Assembly: GCF_006345805.1 (NCBI RefSeq)
Contig: NW_021828831.1
Location: forward strand, 1 to 7,544
DNA: 7,544 nucleotides
Origin: Octopus sinensis
Taxonomy: Eukaryota
Direction: 5' to 3'
Shown in pieces: positions 6,444 to 7,544 of this stretch (positions are counted from its first letter, which is position 1; the number at the start of each line of letters is the position of its first letter). Under the pieces are notes generated by a model. It was not told the DNA's origin and did not search any database. It saw nothing but the letters and a program-made list of their open reading frames with translations. The translations under genes were made by a program, and so were the position numbers.

Positions 6444-6976
6444 GACGATGCTGGGGCACTACTTTGAAGGGTTTTAGTTGAAGGAATCGGCGCCACTAAT
6501 TCTCAAACGCCCGGTACATATTCTGACGATCACTTTCCCGAACAGTAAGTTACGAGGACGTAAACAAACCAACGCTGGTTGTCTTGCGGTGGTGGAGGAC
6601 AAACACGAACACACAACACACACATATATATATATATATTTCACAAAAAAAAGACGAAGAAAGGTGGTGTAGACAACAAATTGATGTATTAGTATAACGC
6701 TGGGGAAGTGAAAAAGTCTTTAACGTTTCGAACCTATGCTCTTCCATAGAAAGGAACACATAAAGAAACAAGGAGAGAAAATAAAGAATGTGTAGAATTT
6801 TGCGATCTATCATGGCAAAGGCCATATATATGAAGGGCTTCTTTCAGTTGCTGTATACCATGTTCACTCAAGATGTTTTGTATAATAGCAAAACGCGAGC
6901 CCAACATGCCCGAGGTGGAACCGAACCCGGAAACGTGTAGTTGGAAGGCAAACTTCTTACCTCACAGCCATGCCTG
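6444..6976 (-). mobile_element. tRNA-derived SINE, family B, copy B3 (diverged, split by a nested insertion)
   Basis: 6444-6639 matches the 3' half (ATGCTGGGGCAC, AAGTTACGAGGACGTAAAC, GGACAAACAC) and 6824-6976 matches the 5' half (GGGCTTCTTTCAG, GAACCCGGAA, GCAAACTTCTTAC, CACAGCCA) of family B. Confidence 0.85.
6640..6823 (-). mobile_element. Nested insertion, probable Penelope-like retroelement terminal fragment
   Basis: About 184 bp with no family-B homology, flanked on both sides by (TA)n inside the SINE's microsatellite. It contains minus-strand CCTTT-CTATGGA-A-GAGC-ATAG-GTTC-GAAAC-GTT-AAAG, a degenerate minimal hammerhead layout typical of Penelope terminal repeats. The family assignment is inference. 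Confidence 0.55.
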
Positions 6977-7102
6977 ACCATGTTATTGTAATAAGTGGAA
7001 AATTTATTAGCGATGAATGGCATATCACATCAAGGCCAGTATCAATGTGTCTTATGTCCAAGAGATAATTCTATTATCAACAACCGCAGGAAAACATTAT
7101 TT

Positions 7103-7138
7103 GTGTGTTTGTCTGCGTGCGTGCGTGTGTGTGTGTGT

Positions 7139-7172
<34 letters not shown>

Positions 7173-7201
7173 TGTGTGTGTGTGTGTGTGTGTGCGTGTG
7201 T
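7103..7201. repeat. (GT)n microsatellite
   Basis: Direct reading. Confidence 0.95.
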
Positions 7202-7339
7202 GCTATCAGCTTGCCTAATAAATCAATATTGTATTATACTATTCAAACTAAATTGAACTAATCGTTTCTATTGTCAGAATAGATTTCCTTCAGGAACCTT
7301 TCCAATAATTACGCTGTGTATAAGTTGTGCGCGTTTCCA

Positions 7340-7544
7340 TGCGTGTATGCTGTGTCGTGTGTGTGCGCACACGCTTGCGTGTATACATACATATACGTAT
7401 ATGACGTATATAATATATATATATATTATATAATATATATTCGTATTATTATATTACCATATATATGGTGTGTATGTATGTATGTATAATTATAATATCT
7501 ATATATTATATAATATATCTACGTATGTATTAATTTACATAACA
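7340..7544. repeat. Degenerate (GT)/(TA)-rich low-complexity tract
   Basis: Direct reading; it runs to the window end. Confidence 0.85.

Noticed and set aside
6995-7100. Unique stretch giving YQCVLCP (zinc-finger-like) in one frame and VQEIILLST (LINE C-terminus-like) in another
   Set aside because: There are no His ligands at zinc-finger spacing, no splice signals and no further RLE motifs; the similarity is within chance.
4463-7261. Long HT/CV/YI-rich ORFs (4463..4930, 4599..4818, 5123..5471, 6162..6386, 6995..7261)
   Set aside because: These are translations of (CA)n, (GT)n, (TA)n and (GATA)n microsatellites, which lack stop codons in some frames.

Overview
This is AT-rich, microsatellite-dense metazoan non-coding DNA made almost entirely of nested transposon relics. 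The SINE families resemble those I recall from octopus/coleoid cephalopods (inference, not a database result). No host protein-coding exon or RNA gene is supportable, and the listed ORFs come from SINEs, microsatellites or fossil retroelements. The main hidden structure is in 165-3194: four co-oriented (minus-strand), head-to-tail, 5'-truncated fossils of a restriction-like-endonuclease (RLE) non-LTR retrotransposon (R2 group, R4/Dong-like). They are recognisable only after manual translation across frameshifts and removal of TSD-flanked SINE insertions. One copy is bracketed on both sides by (TATG)n and the next ends on that same tract, suggesting (TACA)n-microsatellite targeting. Also present are three tRNA-derived SINE families (A: 2 copies, B: 3 near-full copies plus 2 fragments, C: 1 copy), a Helentron/DINE-1-like non-autonomous element with an internal duplicated insert, and a Penelope-like fragment with a degenerate minimal hammerhead motif nested in a SINE.
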